Shown here: piece by piece, positions 7,454 through 15,339 of the stretch
Layout of the letters: the number at the start of each line of letters is the position of its first letter
Position numbering within the stretch: position 1 is the first letter of the stretch
Origin: Spirochaetales bacterium
GTDB lineage: Bacteria; Spirochaetota; Spirochaetia; Treponematales; UBA12059
Direction: 5' to 3'
Assembly: GCA_016928955.1 (NCBI GenBank)
Contig: JAFGJV010000041.1
Location: 1-35,787, forward strand
Length of the DNA: 35,787 nucleotides
Notes under the pieces: model-generated
Databases searched by the model: none
The model's input: the letters and a program-made list of their open reading frames with translations, nothing else
What the model was told of the DNA's origin: nothing
Program-made: the position numbers and the translations under genes

Positions 7454-8593
7454 CTACCATAATCCATCGATGAACGCCCTGGCGCCCTGGTCGGTATAGG
7501 GGACGACGATGTCCCCGTTCTGTATCAGCTTGCGCAGGCCGCTGATGGCCGTCTTGTCCGCGGCGTCCATGCTGGCCGACACAAAGTCCACGCCCCCGTT
7601 GGCCAGGCCGAGCACCGTGTAACCGCCCTTAAAGGGCATGTCCTGCATGATTGCCATGCACTGGTCCCTGACCACCGGTCCCACGTTGCGTATCACCGAG
7701 CCCATGATAACGGGTGCCAGCGCCGCAAGTTCGGGATCATCGGACGCGGCGTATTCCGCCGCCTGGTCCATGTCCGAGCCAATGGCCAGCCGCCCGTAGC
7801 GGGCCGCGCTTTTGAACACGCCCGTGCCGGATGCGCCGGCCGTGTGGAACACCAGGATGGCGTTGCTGGTCCTGTAGAAAATCGACGCGTATTCCTCGGC
7901 GCGCTTAGGGTCGTTGTAGGCGCTGGCGTCCCGGCCCACAAAGCCCGACAGCACCATGCCGGTTTCCCTGAGACCGGGATTTGTCCATGCCGCGCCCGAG
8001 CTGAAGCCTGCCAGGGCCCCGCGCGCGACGGGCATGTCCAGGCCGCCCAGAAAGCCTATTTTGGATCCCTCTCCCGCGCGCGCGGCCAGCATGCCGGCAT
8101 AGGCTCCCGCCAGGAAGGCGCCTTCCTGGTCGGCAAAGCTCACGCAGGACACGTTGGACGAGCCGTCAAGGTCGGGCACATGGCCGTCTATCAGTACAAA
8201 GCTGGTGTCGGGATAGTCGCGGGCCACGGCGGCCAGGGACTCTGAGAACAGGTAGCCAACTGCTATGACCAGGTCGCGCTTTTCCTCGGCCAGCATGCGC
8301 AGGAGCTCGCGTCGCTCGCCGCCGTCCACCCCGACCTCCAGGATGCGTATCTCCAGGTTGCCGCCAAAGTTGGCGTTCTCGTCCGCCACGATGCGGCCGC
8401 GCACCGACGACACCACGCTCACGGCCGCCTCGTACACGGCCTGGTTGACGGCCCTGTCGTTCCGGCCGGCGGCGTCCAGGACGATGCCCGCGGTGGGCAC
8501 AAGGTCGGCCTTGGCCCTCTGCCCCCGGGCGAGCCCGCAGGACGAGGCAAGGACCAGGATAGCGGCAGCTGCCGCCAGGGTATTTCGCATCAT
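7454..8593 (-). CDS. Second, divergent BMP-family lipoprotein
   Basis: Lipobox LASS-C; GRNDRAVNQ, SFADQEGAFLAG, HTAGASGTG, IGSDMDQ. Confidence 0.88.
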   Translation of the reverse strand: MMRNTLAAAAAILVLASSCGLARGQRAKADLVPTAGIVLDAAGRNDRAVNQAVYEAAVSVVSSVRGRIVADENANFGGNLEIRILEVGVDGGERRELLRMLAEEKRDLVIAVGYLFSESLAAVARDYPDTSFVLIDGHVPDLDGSSNVSCVSFADQEGAFLAGAYAGMLAARAGEGSKIGFLGGLDMPVARGALAGFSSGAAWTNPGLRETGMVLSGFVGRDASAYNDPKRAEEYASIFYRTSNAILVFHTAGASGTGVFKSAARYGRLAIGSDMDQAAEYAASDDPELAALAPVIMGSVIRNVGPVVRDQCMAIMQDMPFKGGYTVLGLANGGVDFVSASMDAADKTAISGLRKLIQNGDIVVPYTDQGARAFIDGLW

Positions 8594-8648
8594 TACCTAC
8601 CTCCCCTGTGCCGTTCCGGGCGGAGCGGCCAAGCCGCGCTGTGGCGCC

Positions 8649-9320
8649 CTATTCCGGCAATTCCGACACGATGGTCACGCCGCTGGACGATCCGAGCCTG
8701 TCGGCTCCGGCGTCCAGCATTTTTATGGCGTCATGGTAGCTGCGCAGGCCGCCTGAAGCCTTGATTCTAATGCGATCGCCCACGGTCTTGCGGATCAGGC
8801 GCACGTCCTCGGCGCTGGCCCCGCCGGTGCCGAACCCGGTGCTGGTCTTGACGTAGACGGCGCCCGCCTTGATGGCTGCCTCGCAGGCGCGGACCTTCTC
8901 AGCGTCGGTCAGGTAACAGGTTTCCAGTATGGCCTTGACCGGGGCCGTGCCCGCGGCCTTGACCACGGCGCGGATGTCTTCCTCAACGGTTTTCCAGTCG
9001 CCGGACTTGGCGGCGCCCAGGTTGATCACCATGTCCAGCTCGCCGGCGCCCTGCTTGACCGCCAGGCGGGCTTCCTCCGCCTTGACCGACGTGGCGTTGG
9101 CGCCCAGGGGATAGCCCACCACGGCGCACACCGTTATGCGGGTGCTGGACAGCTCGCGGGCGCATAGCGGCACCCAGAACGGATTGACGCACACGGCCGC
9201 AAAGCCGTTGGCGCGCGCCTCGGCGCACAGTTCGCGTATCTGCTGTTCGGTGGCGACGGCCTTGAACACGGTGTGGTCGATTGTTTTTGCCAGGCTCGAC
9301 TTTGTCCACTCTCTGGGCAC
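8649..9320 (-). CDS. deoC: Deoxyribose-phosphate aldolase
   Basis: IDHT, VVGYPLG, ELDMVINLG, VKAILET, VKTSTGF, IKASGG, RLGSS. Confidence 0.97.
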   Translation of the reverse strand: MPREWTKSSLAKTIDHTVFKAVATEQQIRELCAEARANGFAAVCVNPFWVPLCARELSSTRITVCAVVGYPLGANATSVKAEEARLAVKQGAGELDMVINLGAAKSGDWKTVEEDIRAVVKAAGTAPVKAILETCYLTDAEKVRACEAAIKAGAVYVKTSTGFGTGGASAEDVRLIRKTVGDRIRIKASGGLRSYHDAIKMLDAGADRLGSSSGVTIVSELPE

Positions 9321-9340
9321 AGCTTGCTCCTTGTCGCTTT

Positions 9341-9378
9341 AGGGAACCTCTAAAAACTGCAGTTTTTAGGGGCTCCCT
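9341..9378. repeat. Solo REP-like palindrome (CCTCTAAAAACTGCAGTTTTTAG family)
   Basis: AGGGAACCTCTAAAAACTGCAGTTTTTAGGGGCTCCCT; same core at 12741 and 18651; abuts the stop codon of the HD gene. Confidence 0.9.
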
Positions 9379-9981
9379 TTATATTTCGAAACACCGGGTC
9401 AGGAAGGCCCGCCTGGTCGTTACCAGTTCCTCCAGTTCAGCCCTCATGTCCCTGTTTGCCTTGTCCGCTATCGGGTATACGTAGCGCTCCGTCTCGTCTG
9501 AATAGCGCTTGATGAAATCCACGTCCGTGGTGTAGCCCAGCGATATCATGTTGCTGATGCGGTCGGCCGCCTTGAGCACCAGGGCGTTGGGCGACCCGAA
9601 GTCGAGTATGCGCGTGAGGAACTCCGGCTTGGTCTCCACCTGGCGCCGCGTCACCTCGAGCACCAGCTGGAACACGTCTGAGCTTTCCTCGTCTATGTCC
9701 AGGATGCCGTCCCGGTCAAAGTCCGGCAGGTCCTCCAGGAGGTCGTGGATGACGGACGCCTTGAGCAGGATCGAGTCGATGTAGCCGTAGTCCATGAGTA
9801 TGGCCATGGTGTCTATCTGGTGGCGGAACATGTTGCCGCCCGAGCGCCTGCGCTTGCCTATCAGGAAGGTGGCCAGCTGGATATACGGCGCCAGGTGCAT
9901 TTCCCTGAGCCGTATCATGCCGTCCTGGTCCATGATCGCGCGGGAGTCCTCCGCCCGCGGCGGTTTCACCTTCCTGGGCAT
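9379..9981 (-). CDS. Stand-alone HD-domain hydrolase of RelA/SpoT-hydrolase (SAH/Mesh1-like) type
   Basis: RRRSGG..H, IHDLLED, VLEVT and VLKAADRISN match HD_4 motif order. Confidence 0.8.
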   Translation of the reverse strand: MPRKVKPPRAEDSRAIMDQDGMIRLREMHLAPYIQLATFLIGKRRRSGGNMFRHQIDTMAILMDYGYIDSILLKASVIHDLLEDLPDFDRDGILDIDEESSDVFQLVLEVTRRQVETKPEFLTRILDFGSPNALVLKAADRISNMISLGYTTDVDFIKRYSDETERYVYPIADKANRDMRAELEELVTTRRAFLTRCFEI

Positions 9982-9990
9982 GGCGACAGC

Positions 9991-12618
9991 CTACTCCAGG
10001 TCCTTGAGGTAGTTTTCAAGGCGGCCGGCGCGCGCCTGGGCCGCCTGGAGCTTGTCCCGCTCTTTTCCTACCACCTCGGCCGGCGCGGAGTCCGTAAAGC
10101 CGGGGTTGGCCAGCTTGGCCGCCACCTTCTGGGCAAACTGGCGTTCCTTGTCGGCCTCCTTGCGGAAGCGCGCGGCCAGCTGGGCCGTATCCACGGCTTC
10201 CCGCGCGAACACGTAGCAGTCAAAGCCCCTGCCGGCCAGGGCCAGGGCGCCCGCCGGCTTGTCGTTAACAAAGGACACGGATTCCGCGTTGCACAGCAGG
10301 GCCACCAGGTCGGCGTTGCGTCCAAGGAACTCAGCGTCTGGGCCGGCGTCCGGACGCACGGCCACCTTGAGCTTGCGCTCGGGCGCTATGCCGAACTCGC
10401 TCCTGAGGGCCCGCACCAGACTGACCAGCTCCTTGAGGGCTGCAAAGCCAGAGTCCAGCCCGGGATCCGCTCCGCGCTCGTCAGAGCTGGCGGGATAGGC
10501 ATGGCTGATGAGGCGGCCGGCGGCGTCCGGCAGGGTACCGTATATCTCCTCCGAAACAAAGGGCAGGAAGGGATGTATCAGGGCCAGGCTCCACTCGAGC
10601 ACGTCCAGGAGCACGCTGACGGCGCGGTCCTTCTCGGCGGCGTCCGGGGAGCGCGTGGACAGCTTGGTGGCTTCCAGGTACCAGTCGCAGAAGTCGTTCC
10701 AGAAGTACTCGTACACGGCAGCCGCCGCGTCGTTGAAGCGGTAGGCGGCCAGGGCGTCGGCAACGGCGGCCGACGAGGCGGCCAGCCGCCGGTATATCCA
10801 GCGGTCCGCGTCGTTCAGCCGGGGATCGGCCACGCGCGTCCTGCCGTCCAGGTTCATGAGTATGTAGCGGCTGGCGTTCCAAACCTTGTTGGCGAATTTG
10901 GACCCCAGCTTGAAGCTGTCCTTGTCCACCAGCACGTCCTGGCCCTGGCTGGTCAGGAAGGCCAGGGTGAACTTGAGGGCGTCAGCGCCGTATTCGTCGA
11001 CTATCTCCAGCGGATCAATGCCGTTACCCAGGCTTTTGGACATCTTGCGGCCCTGCTTGTCCCGCACCAGCGTGGTTATGTACACGTCGCGGAAGGGCAC
11101 CTGGCCGGTGAATTCCAGACCCGCCATCACCATGCGGGCCACCCAGAAGAAGATGATGTCGTACCCGGTCACCAGGGCGCTGGTCGGATAGTAGTTCCGG
11201 AGGTCGGCCGTGCTTTCCGGCCAGCCCATCACGCTGAAGGGCCATATCCACGAGCTGAACCAGGTGTCCAGCACGTCCTCGTCCTGGGTCAGTTCCGTGG
11301 ACGCGCAGTACGGGCAGGACAGCGGCTCCTCTCGGGCGACCACGGTCTTGCCGCAGTGGGCGCAGTGCCAGGCGGGTATGCGGTGCCCCCACCACAGCTG
11401 GCGGCTGATGCACCAGTCGCGGATGGTGGTCATCCAGTGCTCGTAGGTGTTCTCCCAGCGCTGGGGGAAGAAGCGCAGGTCGCCGTCCCGCCAGGCCTTG
11501 AGGGCTTTCTCGGCCAGCGGCTTCATCTTGACGAACCATTGCTCGGACAGGTACGGCTCGACCACGGTGTGGCAGCGGTAGCAGTGCCCCACAGAGTGCG
11601 TGATGGCCTCCTCCGACACAAAAAGGCCCAGGGCCTTGAGGTCTTCCACCACCAGCTTGCGGGCGTCCAGGGCCGACAGGCCGCGGTATTTTTCCGGCAC
11701 CTCGTCATTGAGCGTGCCGTTGGGATTGAGGATGTTGATGCGCGGCAGGTCGTGGCGGTTCCCCACCTCGAAGTCGTTCGGGTCGTGGGCCGGGGTGATC
11801 TTCACCAGGCCCGTGCCGAACTCGCGGTCCACGTAGGCGTCCGCTATCAGCGGTATGTCGCGGCCGGTCAGCGGCAGGCTCAGGCTGCGGCCGACCAGGG
11901 AGCTGTAGCGCTCGTCGTCCGGATGGCAGGCCACGGCCGCGTCTCCGAGCAGGGTCTCCGGCCGCGTGGTGGCTATCTCTATGGAGCCCGAGCCGTCGGC
12001 AAAGGGATAGCGTATGCGGTACATGGCGCCCGGCTCGTCGTCGTGCTCCACCTCGTCGTCCGCCAGGGCCGTGCCGCAGGACGAGCACCAGTTGACCAGG
12101 TACTTGCCCTTGTATATGAGGCCGCGCTCGTACAGGGTGACGAACACCTCGCGCACTGCCTTGGACAGACCCTCGTCCAGCGTGAAGCGCTCGCGGCTCC
12201 AGTCGCAGGACGCGCCTATCCTCTCCAGCTGCCGGGTGATGACCTCGTGGTGCTCCTTCTTGACCTTCCAGGTTTCCTCTACGAACTTCTCCCGGCCAAG
12301 CTCGTGCCTGCGGATGCCCTGCTCACGCAGGCGCTTCTCCACCACGTGCTGGGTGGCAATGCCCGCGTGGTCCGTGCCCGGGACCCAGAGCGTGGGCCTG
12401 CCGCCCATGCGGTGGAAGCGCACCAGGATGTCCTGCAGCGAGTTGTTGAGGCCGTGTCCCATGTGGAGGACGCCGGTCACGTTAGGCGGCGGAATGACGA
12501 CGACGAACGGCTTGCCCGAGCCCGTGGGCTTGAACGCCCCTTCGGCCTTCCAGGCCTTGTAGATGCGGTCTTCGAATTCTTTCGGGTCGTAGGCTTTGGC
12601 CAGTTCGACGGATTTCAT
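9991..12618 (-). CDS. valS: Valine--tRNA ligase
   Basis: PPPNVTGVLHMGH, GTDHAGIATQ, DWCISRQLWWGH, KMSKS and C-terminal coiled coil; start MKSVELAK. Confidence 0.99.
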   Translation of the reverse strand: MKSVELAKAYDPKEFEDRIYKAWKAEGAFKPTGSGKPFVVVIPPPNVTGVLHMGHGLNNSLQDILVRFHRMGGRPTLWVPGTDHAGIATQHVVEKRLREQGIRRHELGREKFVEETWKVKKEHHEVITRQLERIGASCDWSRERFTLDEGLSKAVREVFVTLYERGLIYKGKYLVNWCSSCGTALADDEVEHDDEPGAMYRIRYPFADGSGSIEIATTRPETLLGDAAVACHPDDERYSSLVGRSLSLPLTGRDIPLIADAYVDREFGTGLVKITPAHDPNDFEVGNRHDLPRINILNPNGTLNDEVPEKYRGLSALDARKLVVEDLKALGLFVSEEAITHSVGHCYRCHTVVEPYLSEQWFVKMKPLAEKALKAWRDGDLRFFPQRWENTYEHWMTTIRDWCISRQLWWGHRIPAWHCAHCGKTVVAREEPLSCPYCASTELTQDEDVLDTWFSSWIWPFSVMGWPESTADLRNYYPTSALVTGYDIIFFWVARMVMAGLEFTGQVPFRDVYITTLVRDKQGRKMSKSLGNGIDPLEIVDEYGADALKFTLAFLTSQGQDVLVDKDSFKLGSKFANKVWNASRYILMNLDGRTRVADPRLNDADRWIYRRLAASSAAVADALAAYRFNDAAAAVYEYFWNDFCDWYLEATKLSTRSPDAAEKDRAVSVLLDVLEWSLALIHPFLPFVSEEIYGTLPDAAGRLISHAYPASSDERGADPGLDSGFAALKELVSLVRALRSEFGIAPERKLKVAVRPDAGPDAEFLGRNADLVALLCNAESVSFVNDKPAGALALAGRGFDCYVFAREAVDTAQLAARFRKEADKERQFAQKVAAKLANPGFTDSAPAEVVGKERDKLQAAQARAGRLENYLKDLE

Positions 12619-12736
12619 GGGAACGCGCCCTCCGATGCTACACTCGCGCCCCTTGAAGGTGGGACGCCATTCATTCCACTGTAGCAAAAACGGGGAGCAT
12701 GTGCAATCGAGCGGACGCGCGCGCGGCCGGCTCGAG

Positions 12737-12841
12737 AGAGCCTCTAAAAACTGCAGTTTTTAGAGGGTTACCTTAAAAACCTTGCGTTTTCGGTCGAAAA
12801 CGCAGGGGACCTCTAATAACCATGGGGTTTTTAGAGGTCCC
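12737..12841. repeat. Composite three-hairpin REPIN/MITE-like element, copy 1
   Basis: CCTCTAAAAACTGCAGTTTTTAGAGG, then TGCGTTTTCGGTCGAAAACGCA, then GACCTCTAATAACCATGGGGTTTTTAGAGGTC. Near-identical to 18647-18752. Confidence 0.92.
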
Positions 12842-14959
12842 CTAGAGTCCCTCGCTCGGCCTTCCCCCGCCCCGCCACGTGAGCATGTCCTCCAGGTAGC
12901 GGCGCGTAGGCCCGTCGCCGGGCAGTATCACGTCGGCGGCCTCCAGTCTTTCCCGAGCCTGGTCAAAGTCGCGCTCGTAGTACGCCTCCACGCCGCGCTC
13001 GAAATCCGCGCGCGCCTTGTCCTTGCGGTCGCGGATCTGCGGCATGTCGCCGTCGTACAGGTCGAACACGGACACCGGCTTGGTCTTGCCCTTGACCCGC
13101 ACCTTGCCGATGAAGCGCATGCGGTACAGCGTGGGGTCCGGCAGGTCGGCCAGCACGCACTCGCTGGCGGCCACGCCGAGACCGAACTCCTTGGCCACGC
13201 CCTCAAGGCGGCTGGCCGTGTTCACCGCGTCGGCTATGACCGTGCCGTCCATGCGCACGGTCTCGCCTATGGTGCCCAGCATGAGGCGGCCAGTGTGGAC
13301 GCCTATGCCCACGGCCACCGGCTCCTGGCCGCGGGCAAAGCGCTCCTCGTTGTACTCGGCCACGCGGGCCTGTATGTCCAGCGCGCAGCGCACAGCGTCC
13401 TCGGAGCCGCCGGGGAACAGGGCCATGAAGCCGTCGCCCAGGTACTTGTCTATGAAGCCGCCGTGGGCACGCACCGCCGGCCCCGTGCGCGCCAGGTACT
13501 CGTTGATGAAGGCAAAGGTCTCCTCCGGGCTCAGGCGCTCGGCCAGGCGCGTGAAGGCGCGCACGTCCGCAAAGAGCACGGCCATGTCCTCCGCGCTGTT
13601 GTCGCCCAGCTGTATGTCCTCTATGGTGTCCCGCTTGAGGAAGCCCAGAAACTGCCTGGGCACAAAGCGCTCCAGGGACTCGTTGACGCGCTGCAGGTCC
13701 ATGGACAGGCGCTCGGCCATGGTGAAGGCGCCGGCAAAGAGGCGCGTCAGGTTGAGCGACAGCGCGAACAGGAATCCGACCAGGCCAAGCTGGAGCACGA
13801 AGGTGCCGTTGATGACGCCTGACGACACCAGCACGTCATGGACCATGGCGCCGAACAGGGCCAGAAAGCCCAGGCCGAACAGCCCCGAACCCCGGCGCCG
13901 GCGCACGGCCGCCAACACGATGGACGCGGCTATCCCGAGGCCCAGCACCACGATGCACAGCTGGTACCAGCGCAGGATCGTCGACGAGAGGAACGTGGGA
14001 GCCGCCACGATGACGGCTGAATAGGCGGCCGAGCTGACCACGGCCACCAGCACGCCTATGCGGGGAAATTCCCTTGGAAAGGTGGCGCGCACAAAGGCCG
14101 CGAACAGGGCGGCGGCCGCGGTAAAGGTCAGGTAGCCGCCCACGAACAGGGCGCGGAACGTCATGCCGGGAAACAGCGCCTGGATGTAGTACTCGTCGTA
14201 GAAAAGGACGCGGAGGCCGAGCACCAGGCAGATCAGGCCGAACCACAGGGACGCCCGGTCCCGGCGCCTGAAGGCAAAAAGCCCCAGGTAATAGGCGCCC
14301 ATCACCACGATGGCCCCGACCACGAAAAGCTCGTAGGCCACGGCCCGCTCCTTGGCCCCGAGCACGGCCCAGGGCGTGCCGAACAGGATGCTGGTGCGTA
14401 TGCCGCCCGAGCGGTCCGCGAAATTCGACACGTGGAGCACCAGGTCAACCACGCCGTCCGGGTCCGCCTGGAACAGGGCCACGGACGATTTCCAGCCGGG
14501 CTTTTCCGCGGCCGCCGTGGCGCCCGGCGATCCGTGGCTGTCCACCAGCTCGCCGTTAACGTAGATAAAGGCAGCGCTCAGGAACGACGACGCCTTGATC
14601 CCGTACGCCGAGCCGGGCTTTAGGCCCCGGACGCGCAGGTGCCAGGTGCCGTAGCCCCGCATGTCCACGCCGGCTATGCTGTAGGAGGACCACTCGGACG
14701 GAAACAGGTCCACCGTATCCGCGCGCGGCGCCGTTCCGTCTAGAAAGGCTCCTGGATCCACAAAGCGCTTCCAGTGGAACTCCCAGTCGCCGTCCAAGGC
14801 CACAGGACGTTCTAGATCCACGCCGCGCAGGTCCATGGCCCCGGCCGATGCTTTGGGTGCCGGCAGGACCGGCTGGGCGCAGGCTGAGAAGGCCAGGGTG
14901 GCGATTACTAAAATAACGCTGACTAAAAACGGGCGGATGGCGCCAGGGGATGCTCGCAT
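12842..14959 (-). CDS. Membrane class III adenylate cyclase with extracytoplasmic sensor and 7TM-DISM-like region
   Basis: Lipoprotein-like signal, LDGDWEFHWK sensor domain, seven hydrophobic segments, VLFADVRAFT, IDKYLGDG, TVIADAVNTASRLE. Confidence 0.92.
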   Translation of the reverse strand: MRASPGAIRPFLVSVILVIATLAFSACAQPVLPAPKASAGAMDLRGVDLERPVALDGDWEFHWKRFVDPGAFLDGTAPRADTVDLFPSEWSSYSIAGVDMRGYGTWHLRVRGLKPGSAYGIKASSFLSAAFIYVNGELVDSHGSPGATAAAEKPGWKSSVALFQADPDGVVDLVLHVSNFADRSGGIRTSILFGTPWAVLGAKERAVAYELFVVGAIVVMGAYYLGLFAFRRRDRASLWFGLICLVLGLRVLFYDEYYIQALFPGMTFRALFVGGYLTFTAAAALFAAFVRATFPREFPRIGVLVAVVSSAAYSAVIVAAPTFLSSTILRWYQLCIVVLGLGIAASIVLAAVRRRRGSGLFGLGFLALFGAMVHDVLVSSGVINGTFVLQLGLVGFLFALSLNLTRLFAGAFTMAERLSMDLQRVNESLERFVPRQFLGFLKRDTIEDIQLGDNSAEDMAVLFADVRAFTRLAERLSPEETFAFINEYLARTGPAVRAHGGFIDKYLGDGFMALFPGGSEDAVRCALDIQARVAEYNEERFARGQEPVAVGIGVHTGRLMLGTIGETVRMDGTVIADAVNTASRLEGVAKEFGLGVAASECVLADLPDPTLYRMRFIGKVRVKGKTKPVSVFDLYDGDMPQIRDRKDKARADFERGVEAYYERDFDQARERLEAADVILPGDGPTRRYLEDMLTWRGGGRPSEGL

Positions 14960-15004
14960 GGTGCCTTCATACTAACGAAAAATCAGGTAAACTCAAGAGC
15001 TCTG

Positions 15005-15033
15005 TTGTCAGGCCATGCCGCGGGCTCTATACT
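15005..15033 (+). promoter_or_regulatory. Near-consensus sigma70 promoter for the small basic protein
   Basis: TTGTCA-17 nt-TATACT. Confidence 0.75.
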
Positions 15034-15164
15034 AACGGCGTGGGCTGGTTCATGACATGGATGCAGCTCCACCGCCGCTGTCACGCAGAAGCTCGCGCTT
15101 ACGGACACAGCAGGGGCGCCGCAGTGCGTACGGGGCCCATAGACCGCCAGAGGAGGAACCCGGT

Positions 15165-15275
15165 ATGGCAGAAAAAAGCAAACAGCCCAAAGAGCCAAAG
15201 AAGAAGGCTCAGAAGACGCTCATGGAGAAGCGCAAGGAGAAACGGGAAAAGGCAGCTTCCAAGCACGAGGAATAG
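15165..15275 (+). CDS. 36-aa Lys-rich small protein
   Basis: AGGAGG RBS; MAEKSKQPKEPKKKAQKTLMEKRKEKREKAASKHEE; has its own promoter and terminator. Confidence 0.8.
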   Translation: MAEKSKQPKEPKKKAQKTLMEKRKEKREKAASKHEE

Positions 15276-15294
15276 AACGCGCGCTTAAAACGCC

Positions 15295-15337
15295 ACGGCG
15301 GCCCGGCTGTATGACAGCTGGGCCGCCGTTTTTTGTT
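15295..15337 (+). terminator. Rho-independent terminator between convergent genes
   Basis: ACGGCGGCCCGGCTGT / ACAGCTGGGCCGCCGT stem followed by a T-tract. Confidence 0.85.
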
Positions 15338-15339
15338 GC

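Noticed and set aside
9745..12684. 979-aa plus-strand ORF
   Set aside because: Antisense shadow of valS caused by GC3 codon bias; no recognisable motifs.
12619..12730. T-box leader upstream of valS
   Set aside because: The region is too short and lacks the AGGGTGGNACCGCG T-box motif.
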